A DNA stretch of 60,251 nt, counting the filler, from Catajapyx aquilonaris (Eukaryota): assembly GCA_000934665.2 (NCBI GenBank). It is 2 parts of 2 records of this genome, joined end to end, with 100 filler letters (N's around TTAATTAATTAA, not from the genome) between each part and the next. Parts side by side here need not be neighbours in the genome. Positions count along the whole stretch, not along the records: positions 30,169 to 60,251 come from KZ539197.1; 1 more part is not named here. One strand, 5' to 3'. Shown one piece after another: positions 37,839-50,200 of the stretch (position 1 is its first letter; every line of letters begins with the position of its first letter). The notes beneath the pieces were generated by a model. That model made no database searches, had not been told where the DNA came from, and saw only the letters and a program-made list of their open reading frames with translations. Position numbers and translations under genes: made by a program.

Positions 37839-38820
37839 TACCGAGAAAGCACTTTTTCAAAGCTATATTTTACACCTAACTTATAGAAGTGATGCTGTAT
37901 ATACACGACTCCTCCAATCTATACGCTATCCAATCACATCAATGAAAAACCAGCAGCGATCCCTTTGAGGACACGACACTTTGACACCCGTACATCCTTA
38001 TCTGACATATTGGCCCTCAACATCAGGTGGCACCACACAATCAATTTCAGAGAACCCCCTCCATCACTCTAAGCAGGCGTCAGTCAAGAAGTTTATACTA
38101 CACACCGTCTACACCCTTGGAAGATATGTCGCAGTGTACCCCTTATCGGAAGCAATTACTTTCGGAGCAATTGACTCCTGAGCAAAGGCTGTGATCTCTC
38201 CCACCCTCCTCATTCAATCCTCTTTAATAACTATGCTTAATAACTCGCAGGCATCCGAGCCTCCAACCTTAGACAAGCCAGCCGACTTCCTACTAAAACA
38301 CCCTCTTTTCTGTGAATTGGAGGATCATTGCGGCTTCAGAGAAGTGGGGCAGGGATATGGAGGGGCAGGGGGGGCGTCGAGCGTGACGTTTTGGGAGTTT
38401 GGGCACGACCTGATATATGCCGCCCGGTATTATAATAGTTGGGGGCTCCGGGACACGACAAATTGGTGGTGACGCCCGCGAGGGTTGGGACTGTGCCCAA
38501 AAGTTCAGGTGGACTTTGACAACGAGGCGTGATCAAAAAAAATGTTTAGTGGCACTGATGGGCCATGGTAGGCCCCGTCGTTAAAATTGACGTTGATTAA
38601 GGACCAGATGTCGGGTTCCCTCCTAAAGGGGGGCTATAATCGCTCTAAAATTCGACAGTAATTTTTACTGCTAGCTAGCACTAATGGTAACTGAACAGTA
38701 GGCTAAATGAGGCTAAAAACCGACCAAAAGGCAATCAGATGTGCAATAAAATTTTTGTTTTCTGTAAAAAAAATAAATCAGGACAGAAAAATTATAAAAA
38801 GGAAAGTTTGTATGTTTGTT

Positions 38821-38915
38821 CCCAAGTAGCACGAATCGACATGGAAAATCCCATGGATATCCACTGGATATTTGGATATCCATGGGATTTTCCAGGGCGA
38901 TTCGTGCTACTTGGG
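38821..38915. mobile_element. Small palindromic MITE with CCC...GGG termini
   Basis: cccaagtagcacgaatcg...cgattcgtgctacttggg, flanked by TT on both sides (possible 2-bp TSD, as in animal CMC/EnSpm elements). Confidence 0.75.
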
Positions 38916-39027
38916 TTTGTCCAGGATTGGTTGCCATAGCAACCGGTTACCATGGCAACCTGGCAAATATTGGCAATGGCCTACTATAGTTGATGATTGA
39001 ACCTCACCGTTACTTATTCTCTTTTAG

Positions 39028-41420
39028 GAAATGCAGTCCTCTGCTACCACTGCGTGTGGACCAGCCCCGGATCTGCTCAGGCGGCTGGTCCGGACTCTTG
39101 CAGGCCCGGATTCTTCAATAAGGACCTGAACAAGGTTGAGAACTGCCACCACGGATGCAAAGTCATTGCCATGTATGAAAAAGGTGAGAATGCCTCAGAT
39201 GAGGTCAGCTCCACTCTTGGGCGCCATTTTGGTTGGGCGAGTCAGCCAACATGGCGGACGTTGATTCATGCTCTACTTTCCCAACCGGCTCGCCACCCAC
39301 TTTCTCAATCTGGCAGAACCTCATTACGCTTCTTACAAAGCCCTATTCTTTCTGTGGCCCGCTCCATATCTTCTCGCAGATTCATGGACGCCAGAAGAAA
39401 CCTTGTCAAATGGGCCATGTGCAAAACTTTCCTGGTAACCCGTTAATGGTATGAAGCAAAAGAAAAAAGAGGGGGGGGGGGGAGGGGGGAATGACAAATG
39501 GCAGCACATTTGCAATTTAGGCCAATATATAAAAAAATCACGTAAGAGGAGTAAGATCAATGCGGAAGAATTTATCTGGAAGCGTCTTATGTAAAGATGC
39601 GAAATAGTCAAATATTTGAGGTCGAAGGCGTCTTCACTCTCAGGATAGGATCGCAGTAGGTTTCCATAAATTATCATATCGACGGCGGAAAAATTGGTAT
39701 GGAAATAAGAAAAGCGGGAAAACGGATTTATTTTCCATCCTTATCGGCGACAAGTGAATATCGGGAAAGATATTATTGAGCGATCCATGAAATTTTTGCT
39801 CGCACGATTTCCGATTGAACAACCAACCGCAGAAAATGAGGGAAATTGAATTAGTCCATAATATGCGACATATGCTGTGTTAAAGTGTGGGTCACATATG
39901 GTGTGTCATGGTAGTTCTACCCACTTTAAACATCCCAGAACATTTCTATGAAAAAAAATCTGGCCCTTCAGAAGTAAGCACACTTTCGCGGTGAAATGAA
40001 ACCTGCGCAAGGGTGACCTCAACAAACCTCCAGCATAATTAGAAACATAACACCTCCCAGTATAAAATTCATTACGACAGTTACATGATTACATTTCAGT
40101 CTCTCTTTTGAAATGTGAACCCCCGCTTAATTGTATTAGGCATGAACCATAATGGACTCCATAAAACCTAAGGGGGTGGAGCAGGAGGGGGGACGCATCC
40201 AATTAAATCCGACTTTGTTATCCAACGAGTTTGGAAGCAGCAAATCAGGATGAGAGAAGGGGGATTCCTTATCCGCTTGATTTTCCTTCTTTTCCAGAAC
40301 CTTTTGTCAGCAAGTGATGGAATCTTATTACCCGGATCTCCATTATTTTCGCATCCAGTGTCCCTTTCGCTGCCATAGCCGTGTAATTATGCAGGAGTCT
40401 GAAATTGCGGGGGGGGGGGGGGGGGGNAAGAGGATATGTCCGAAAGAAAAGTAGGACACTCTTCACAAAGGTGCTGGAAGAGTGGAAGATTTTAATTGCG
40501 ATGGGTCTCAACTTTTAGCGTCTTGGTGCTTTTTTTTTTTTTGTTTGAGTTTACGGAGGGTGTTTTTCTTCAGCCTTTCGTGTGAGAGCAGAACAAGGCA
40601 ATCAAGATAAATAAAGAAGAGAGGTACAAGAGATGAGATTTTCGCGAGATAACTGACATGTATAATGAAGCAGTCATCCCTTGGAAGGAACTGTGAAAGA
40701 AAAATCAATAGAAGGAGGGTCAGGGGAGAGGTTGAAGAGGAGCAAAACCCTTTACAGTATATAAGTGCAATTTTGTATATCAGCACTGAAACTGTTACAC
40801 AATCAAATAAATGCTGCGGTATGCCTTCCATAATAAGCTGAAATGACTTGCACAAACCTACTGTATGTGTACAATAATGGTCGAGTGTGGCCTAAAATAA
40901 TGACCCGATTGCATTGCATTGCACACATTTTTGCATGGTCGCAGCATCAACTGTGAAAGGAATGGGGGACACATATCAGAATAATTTTGTTATTTGTGAA
41001 CATAAATTAAATTCCGAGCACGATTATGCGGGCATTTGTTTTATTAGTGTGTTTATATAAGAGTACTTTATGGAGTGTGCTGCCAAATAGGGCCGGACAC
41101 AGCTGATTTTGACACCGAACGAATAATAGAGTTTCACTGTAATAACACTATTCCATAATTTTCTGACAGGTCCTCACATCAAGATAAATGACACCGGTGA
41201 CTCCAGAGGCGTGATGGCCTTCTTCTCCCGTGTGTGTGCTTCCCGGCACAGCACCAAGGAGGACTGTCGAGTCAACGAGGTCGTGGGTATTCGCCAAGAG
41301 GACTGCTTCTGCAATTCAGACTACTGCAACTCATCACCCAGAGCCACTAGCCTCTCCATTCTCACCTTCTTTGCCGTCCTCACACTCTGTGCATATGCGA
41401 TCAAGACATGTGCTGAGTGA
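39028..41420 (+). CDS. GPI-anchored Ly6/uPAR (three-finger; quiver/sleepless-like) protein, last two coding exons
   Basis: Exon 39028-39183 (cttttag|G NAVLCYHCVWTSPGSAQAAGPDSCRPGFFNKDLNKVENCHHGCKVIAMYEK G|gtgaga) and exon 41170-41420 (gacag|PHIKINDTGDSRGVMAFFSRVCASRHSTKEDCRVNEVVGIRQEDCFCNSDYCNSSPRATSLSILTFFAVLTLCAYAIKTCAE*). Ten LU-domain Cys with LxCxxC start and CxCxxxxCN end, a hydrophobic GPI-signal tail, and phase-1 introns. The signal-peptide exon is not confidently located. Confidence 0.9.
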
Positions 41421-41802
41421 TGGACCATTGTATACTCTTTCATTGTGTTGTTTTCTTGACCCATCCTTGTCCCACCAACACCCTCCAGCCACACACACAA
41501 AAAAAGAGGACCAGTTTTCAAGACATAGTGCGCTTTTTCCCGTAGTTTCTGCACATTGTTAACAAAAGATAAGTGTGTTCAAGTCCAAAAATTTAAGCAT
41601 GTATTGTGGGTTGGGGTAGTTGTGACTTTGAGATAATATCATCTCAGGCAGGTGTTTTCTAGTTTGAAATATTGTCACACAACTGCCTTCAATATTGATA
41701 CATTCATGGTGTAACGAGGATACAGGATGGAGATACTCTGCTATCAACAAAACAGCTGTATTGAGCATTTGCTGATAGTGATAATGTAGTAATAGTTGTA
41801 GT

Positions 41803-41803
<1 letters not shown>

Positions 41804-41886
<83 letters not shown>
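41804..41886. repeat. (AAT)n microsatellite, probably in the Ly6 3' UTR
   Basis: Uninterrupted trinucleotide run read directly. Confidence 0.95.
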
Positions 41887-41887
<1 letters not shown>

Positions 41888-42996
41888 GGGAGTGCACTGT
41901 TCCAGTTGGGGCACCTGGCACGTAACCATTCATGTTTTAAAGTGTACATCATTTAGTGATCGTAGTTATTTTTATGTAAGATGTTTCACTGTTGAAGCAG
42001 TTGTGCTATTAAAAGATGTTATCTGTGAAATCAATCAGAACAAGAGCATTGCTACCTTCAGAAACTTATTTGTGGCTGTAAATGTATCATGCAGTCTCTT
42101 AGAAATGACAAGTACGATGACATGCTTAATACGCTGTTGTGTTGATAGCAGTGTAACTGAGGCGTTGTTTCATCTATTCTTGTGCACTGCACATGCAGCT
42201 TCATGGCACAAGACAATACCCTGTAGCACCATTTTGTCAGAAAATGTCCGTTAGCCTCCTTTCAAAATAGAAAGCATATACCACATTCTCCTCCATTTTA
42301 CAGCATAATTCGCTTCTGGCAAGTGAGTCCTAGAATGGACAGCAAATACCAGTAAGCTTATATTGTACTTGTATATTCCAACAGTGTACTATGTTAATAA
42401 TTACAGAATGTCATCAGTTTGTTCCAGGTTCTGTTGTGACAGGTGTGGACAATTATATGCGAAAAATCGGCCACATTGATCATAATTATATCATGGTAAT
42501 AACTACCCCAACCCACTTCATTATTTTGTTTTTTGCACCTCAATCACGAAATAAAGTGGTATTTGGAAAAGTCCATGCCAATGAGAGGCAAACCGCTCAA
42601 TTTCTTGGTTTATTTATCTACAGAGTCTAATACACTGTTACTGTGGACTGAAAAAAAAAATGTCACCATTAAGTTCTTCAGTGGTGTAGGTTTTTAAATA
42701 AAATCAGATCTAATAAAGCCACAGGTGTGATTGTAAAGGACAACTTACAGCGACAATTTTGTCATTTCACTATTACAAAAAGTAGTGGAAAATCATTCTA
42801 CTACCCTTGACCTTATACACCAACATTAGTCACTCAGATATCGATGGCTAAATTAAAACCAACTCATTTTAAAATGCAGCAGCAGTGGTCAGGAAAGTAT
42901 TATCCTATGTTACGAGTAAAGTACTCGTAGTCTCTTCCCATAAAATGGGGGAGGGGTTCTTGAGTGACCCTGAGCTCTTATAAAGTTACCCTGTGA

Positions 42997-43343
42997 GGGG
43001 AAGGCGCGGTGGCCGAGATGGTAACGTCTTGCCTTGCTGAGCGGAAGGTCCCGGGTTCGATCCCCGCCCGGGATTTCCCTTCCGCCTGCGTCAGTGGGTC
43101 TCTCTGCCCACGCCGAAGAAGGCGTCTTGACAACATAGATAGCCTTCTGTGGGACTGCACATGACCCATTTACAACATTGCACTTGCACCTGTGTCCCAT
43201 CCCCAAAAATCCCTATCTTACCCCATGTCCTTTCTTCCTTGCACCGGAGTTAGAAAAAAAATTCAGAAAATTGAAGGAAAAATGGTGGTATTCCATCCCC
43301 TAATAAGGGCCTCTGGCCCTATCACTGGGTAACGTAAAAAAAA
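42997..43343 (+). mobile_element. tRNA-derived SINE, family B
   Basis: GGTGGCCGAGATGG A-box, GGTTCGATCCCC B-box and poly-A tail. 15-bp TSD aaagttaccctgtga (42982-42996 and 43344-43358). Confidence 0.92.
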
Positions 43344-44419
43344 AAAGTTACCCTGTGATTTTCCAGTTTTTGAGTGAAACTAAATATCTACTTTGAGAAA
43401 AACCATATAACCTGATCACCTTCTACATATACATGGACTGATGGGGTTTTATGGTGCAAAAGCTCCATCAGAACAAGATAGTGTTTTAAAATGAAAACAC
43501 TCTGAAAAGTCCCTGAATTAATTAGCATCGTAGTACATAATATGGTCCAATTGAAATGCTCACAATATATTGTAATCAATCCTTGTTAGGAAATCCCTTT
43601 TTAATTTCTGGCGCTATTAAGTCACACTTAGTGATGATAGCTTTTGATGACAGGATGAAAAGGGAAAACTCAGAAAGAGCCCGATGAAACTCTTTTCACA
43701 TGAGAAAACCCTTTCTCTGACTCACAGATTGAATGCAGGACCTCAGAGGGGAAGGTTGGGTCACTACACCATGCTGCCCTCACTCGCTGTAAAACTGATG
43801 CACATAAAACTTGTAGCTATTAATGGTTAGAATAATAATTGGGTGTAGTGCCATACCTCTATAGAGGTTTGGGCACCGACCTTTATTTTTGTCAAGATGG
43901 TACGGTACATTATTTTGACAGTGCAGAAATGGCCCTCGCCTCGGTCCAAGGGCAGGGTGGCAGGAGGGGATGTGCAAAGTGCGGTGCAATGTCGGTGCTG
44001 TGGCCATTTTGTGAACCCCCCCCCCCCCCCCCCNCCGGGTGGTTTGTCTTAACAGAGATACCACCCAAGACGAAGCCAGAGACGACCTCTAATTAACTCT
44101 GCATGAGATGAAGGGGGGAACCCCGGGCGGGATTTGAGCGCCACTTCGCCTCCCTATCTCTTAATGGTTAAAAGGGTTTAACACATTCAAATGCCCCATT
44201 TTGAATGTTGGGGCTCATGAGAAGATCATGTGTGGTCTTGAAAGCTGATAACACTGAATTATATAGCCAGCTAGAAGAGAAGTGGCCAATCAGCAACCAT
44301 TGCACTTCAAATTGCTTTCCAGGTATAAACTATTATTCCACATACTGGTGTGCTTACTGAGAGGGAACTCTTTTCTGAGCATTGAAACAAAAACCAGGTG
44401 AAAACATGCAGCACATTAT

Positions 44420-45355
44420 GGCTAATTGCTTCGAAGTTGCCAATGTACGGGGGCGACTCTTGCGAAGCCTCTTTTTCATCCTCTTCCATACCATTTCAAT
44501 TGGATTCATGTCGGGGCGGGCTGTTTGGGGGCCATGGCAACACCTCAACTTCATTATCCTGCAGCCATTTCTTGGTAGTTTTGGCCATATGTGGTGTGGC
44601 ATTGTCTTGTTGGAAAATGGCATCACCCAACGGCCCCAGTTTTGGGATGGACGGCAGGAGATTCGTCTGCAAGATATCTTGATAAGCTTTGGCGTCAATT
44701 TTACCATCGACAAAATGTAGCTTTCCAAGTCCATTCATGCCCATGCAACCCCATATCATCCCACTTGACGCATGTTTCACTGTTCAGGTCAGGCAATCTG
44801 GGTTGAAGGCCTCCTCCTTTGTGCGTAGTACACGCCGATTAGAGACACCAGGATCTACACAGAAGGTGGATTCGTCGCTGAATATCACTGTTGACCAAAT
44901 CCTCTTGCTCCAGTTCCGCCTTTCCTTTGCCCAACAAAGTCTGGTCTGTTTATGCTTCGCTCTCAAGAGAGGTTTCTTCTTCGACTAAAATGTAAACAGT
45001 CATAAAAATGTTGCATATTTGCATGTTTTTAAAATGAACTTACCGTGTAGAAGCTGAGGCCCAGGTCATGTATTCGACGGTGGCAGGTTTCTCTCGACAC
45101 GTGTGAGCCTCAGCTGTTCCTCTTCACCAGTTTTCGGAGGCAGCGGTCGTCCCTCATTGTCGTTTCCCTCTGTCTCCCAGAGGGCCACTTAGGTTTGACC
45201 GTGCCCCTGTGCTTACATTTTCTAGTGATGTCGGATAGAGTGCTCTGTCGCAGTCCAAGTTGTCTGGAGATTGCCCTGCCTGACTTTATTCCATCCTCGT
45301 GGGCCTTCAGAATTACCTCGCGGAGGTCCGTAGATGTGGAACGTCCACGTCCCAT
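44420..45355 (-). pseudogene. Degenerate Tc1-family (DD34E, Minos-like) transposase with a 59-nt intron
   Basis: MGRGRSTSTDLREVIL...GRQRETTMRDDR...GLSFYT|intron 45043-44985 (gtaagt...ttttag)|SKKKPLL...VIFSDES...IWGCM...FQQDNATPH...WPPNSP/DMNPIE. 34 residues separate the second D and the E. Two in-frame TGA stops (about 45110 and 44784), a frameshift near 44515 and a decayed C-terminus. TIRs not identified. Confidence 0.92.
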
Positions 45356-47225
45356 GGTATGGGCAATGCCAACACTGGCCGCACAGCCCTTATATACGTG
45401 CAGATAACATTGTCGCACTGGTTTCTGGGAGTAAAATAGCCATAAGATGTATGGGCCATATCCTCCTGACCGATTGATATTGTGTCAGTGCGCACTGTGA
45501 ACGAATATTTCCGTGTCTGGTAGAGCATGTTCAGGAGGGCATCTTATTTACGGTAATTGTCCGATAGTCATCATTTCTAGTCCCAGTGGTAGACCAGAGA
45601 CACCTCTGTACAGTGCTAAAGTCACAACATCCTACCACGCATCGTTCCGACGGTATGACACATTTCCCATCTCCATCCAAGCAGATTCGCTGGTGAACGT
45701 ACCATTATGATTTTGGGCAAGGAGAACATGACAACGGTGAGCAATCTTTCATGAAATTCCATTATCCAGTCCAGATGGTTGGTAAAGAATGCGTTGGGAT
45801 TGAAACACAGCAATTGTAATGTTAGGAATGTATTTAATCATAACTTATTACACTTATTTTTCATACCTTTGCCACACAACACTATCTTCTCTCTCTCCAC
45901 CCTTCAAGGGACATCACTCAGCCTTTCACACTAAGAAATTCGATAGGTTACTTCCAAATATCCTAAATATAAAGTCAGATTATTTACAAGACCATTAAGT
46001 AAAAATGCACGGCTGCCTTTGCTATCGATATATTTCCTTGCAATACGTAACAATACATTTGAAATGAAACAGTCAATTACTGGCTCACAAGCTACAGTAA
46101 AACCTGCGTGTAACAGTCCCTGAAATAAGTGAGACCTTGTGTCCAAAATCGAATTTTTGCTTGGTCCCTGTGGAGAATTTTCGATATACTTTCGTCGTTG
46201 TCATAATTTATGCTGCCAAGTGGCAACAATATTTTTTTTTGTAGGGAGTACATGTTGGCCTCTGATGGGGTGTACAGGATGGTGTACAAGGTAGTGCAGC
46301 TGAGCTAGATGGGGCAAGGAGTCTTGGCTGGAGTGGAACAGGGCTGACATGTACTCCCTCTGTGCTTGCTGAATGAAGGTCATTGTTCAAGTGAGTGAGT
46401 GGATGGCAAAAGTGGAATGCATGCACACTGGAGAAGGTAGGGGTGGTTTTTCTTGCAGCAATTGAGACACCCCACCTGTTTGAGGGTGCACATCATGGAT
46501 TCCTCACTTTTGCCTGCTACTAGCTCACATGAAGTACCTTAAAGCTGGTAATTTGGGAAATGCTGTCTCTGCTGGAGAACCTGAACCCCTGAGACGATGT
46601 ACATCACACTATAATTATAACAGACACCCGTTCAGTACAGAAATTTTTTCATGGAATGAAGCAATTCTCGACAGGTTTTACTGCATCCATGCTATTAACT
46701 ACCACAATAAAATGACATTTGCAATAACCTAACGACTAGAAAACTGAAAATGAGAGCAAAGGTAACCTAACAGTTTTGGGAAATTGTAACAGCCACAACA
46801 ATAAACACTTCCTTTCACCACATAGGTCTATGTGACACCAGATTGAGGTTAAATGTAGAGCACCATTGAGACATAAGAACAGCTTGATTGCATTGGAATA
46901 GCAAAAAATTGAGTAGCCTACTCAGTTGCCACAACTAATTATCCAAATTCGTTAAGCGTTGAGAGGACTAGTTTAAAACATGCTATGTTAAAATCTCTGA
47001 GGAATTATTTCGTTGGATGACATATAATATTGCCTATACTACATTCGTAATACCCTGCTAATCACTGAGCAAAAAATTAACTTGAGGCAAGCAATGCCGA
47101 TATGTCTAGCGATTTAAGTAGGCAGATTTTGGCACATGACCTCTGCTCCAAAAATACCTTTTTGTTGCCTCTTTATATGTGTGATATTTATTTTGTATGG
47201 ATGGAAAATATGTGTGTGTGCTGGT

Positions 47226-50200
47226 TTATTGTGAAGCACCAGGGGCTGAACCTAGGACCTCCTGCCGCACCGTCTCGTCATCCAGCAGGTCAAGTGAGGA
47301 GGCCACATTGTTCCCCTTTGCTCGGATCACATCTTCTGCCCGCTGCCAGATCACTCTGTTGCGATGTACTGCCTCCAAGGGCTCAGAACCTCTTTTAAAC
47401 AGGCCAGCTACCATTCTGGAAAGGCAAGAAAAGATGCTAAAGGTGGTATCAAGGAACGAAGGGATAAAATACACTTAGGGCCTGAGGAGCTCTGGAGGGG
47501 CCCACGCTTTATGCAGCTCACTTCGATCGCTAATTTTAAAATATAGAACCTCAATTATCCGACTCCTTCTTATATCCGACTGTCCCACTCCAGCAATAAT
47601 TCTGTTTTCTCTTCAAATACTGTACTGCAGGTCTACTAAACATTAGTTTTGTATTCATTTAGCTAAATTTATTGTAAATAGAGTACAGAAGAGCATTTAT
47701 CGTCGGCATTAAGGAGAAAGGGCAAATATACCATTTTAGAACTTTTACAGGAAAGGCAAAAATAGGTTGAAAGTACGAGGGCCAGTCAAAAGAAATTGAG
47801 ACTGATTTTTTATGTGATAAAGTGAATTACTTCATGACTAGCGGTGAATGGCATCATGTCCAGTATTGATTGAAGTATTAGAACACAAATTCTTGTTTGA
47901 ATTGAGGAAGTATAGACCTAGGTTCACATTAGCCTCCACTCTGCCAGAGATCAGCTGCGAGGACCAAAATTCAGCGTTGAGGTTTTGCTTCCGTTTGAAT
48001 AAAACAGCCAAAGAGGTGTACGACATGCTAAGATTGTGAACAGCAGATACTTTTTATTTTTATTTTTTATTTTACTTACCCCATTGGGAGAATATCAGCG
48101 CTCCTTTAGGGGGGTGGAATACCACCATTTTTTCATGTCAATTTTTCGGAAATTTTTCTTCTAACACCGTGCAGTGGAGAAAGGGAAATGGGGAGGGGAA
48201 TTGGGATTTTTGGTGAGGGGACACAGGTGCAAGTGCAATGTCTGAAAAGAGTCATGTGCAGTCCCCCAGGGGCTAGGTTGCCAAGACGCCTCCTTAGGCG
48301 CGGGTCAGAGACCCACTGACGCAGGCGGAAGGAACTCCCGGGCGGGGATCGAACCCGGGACCTTCCGCACAGCAAGCCGAGACGTTACCATCTCGGCCAC
48401 CACGCCTCTCCCAACAGCAGATACTGGTTACCATGTGAGGCCACAATATGTTGCAACTCTTTGCAAACCTCCAACAGGATGTGCTTCTACTCTGGAGTCA
48501 ACAGCTCACATCAGGTGCACACTCACTGCATGTGCAAATGGTCAATGCAAAATCGTGTGGGCACTACCACTGGAGGTACTAATCATTCTGGCAAGGTCAT
48601 TGATGGTCATGCGGCTATCTACCCGGACACTTACTGCACATGTGGTGTTAATGATCTCCTCTGTAAGAACTCTGAGAGTCTGCACACCTGTCTCTTTGAG
48701 AGCCAACTACGGACCCTTGCTGAGTGCCTTGTACCATCAGAATGCTATGGGACTCATCTTCAGTTCTTCACTATATCTTAGCATGTCATACTCCTCCATC
48801 ACTGTTGTCTTCAAATGGAAGCAAAACCGCCGACCAGGTAGTACCTGTTTTACGCCGGTAATTGGTTCCAGCAAAATGCGGCGTAAAGTGAGAAGGCGGA
48901 AAACGAGACAAAATTATAATGGAAGTAAATGAGCTAGGTTCCAAGATTTCCAACTATTTTACTCACAAGGGACATTCCAAGTGGCTAGAGGTGACTAATA
49001 TCATGACAAATATCCAACTCATGTGCACTAGTAGTTTTCCAGAACCACTACAATAGTGAAAGTTTAAAATAGTAGGAATGGATTCCAGGTGATACAACTC
49101 GATTCCACTTTACCAACCTCCGTGAATTATGGGGAAAGACCACACCTTCAGCGGTGCACCATAATCACGAGCATAGAGTTTATCACCTGGCACAGAGCAA
49201 TCTCCATCTCCCCTACTAATTTGGCAATATATTATTTTGCTCTCCCACTTTTTAAATTCCCAGCAATTAAGTTTTAGTGGCATCACTTCACAATCTACAA
49301 ACAGGCAGGTTGCATTCATGTGTACTATTTGACAAATTTTAGTAAGAATAAAATTGTTTCTATCCCGCATTGTTTTCCTATTATTTTATTCACTTCAAAA
49401 ACATGAAATGTACTCACTCAAAAACAGGTATGACTATGTCATCCAGAAACTGAATCTGTAGTGATGGTACAAATGCCTTCTCCCTGTCCATCATCTCATT
49501 TGGACTGTTCCCCATGGCTTTCTCCAGGTCACCCTGAGAGAAGAACTCTTGATAGACCAAGTCCTGCAAAGAGCAAATAAATCAGGAGAAACATCGAAAA
49601 TAGGCTTCACCACATGAAGACTTGAAATGCAGAATGATCAGACTCATTTGACTGATTTTGAGACACTGTATGTGGGTTTAAAGTTGAAAGATTACATTAT
49701 CCCTTATTGGATGATCCTATTTTTATTTTTCCAAAAATTTCTCCATCAATATTCTGACTTCAACATCATAAAGTACCTTTCAATGACACTGTTAAACACC
49801 TAACTCAATTTAGACCAAACTGTTACTATGATTGTTCAGCATTTCCTGTCTTGACATGTTATATAGCATTTTCACATCCCAAAAGGTGAGACAACATTTT
49901 CTCATACAAGCTTTGAAAATCAGCATCTTGTTCTGCTTCTAGAATTCAATTGAAGCACCCATTATGGAAACACCCCAACTCCAATGGTCTGCGCCTGGAG
50001 TTGGGGTGTTTCCATAATGGGTGCTTCAATTACAAATCTCAAACTCAGGTTTCTGGGTAATGAGGCAAAGGTGTCAAAAGCAGCACAACTGTTTCTTTCC
50101 CAAATTTCGAAGCAATTACTAACTGCAATTTTCCTGGTACTGGTCCAGTCCTTTGTCTGGTCCGAAATATCACAAGCAGTCATGAGCAGGCAGAGAAGAA

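Noticed and set aside
20489..39183. FUOM exon 1 splicing to the Ly6 exon (both phase 1) as a fusion gene
   Set aside because: FUOM exon 1 is not a signal peptide, and an artificial contig join lies between them. Phase match alone is weak evidence.
41704..41952. Poly-Ile and poly-Tyr ORFs
   Set aside because: Translations of the (AAT)n microsatellite.
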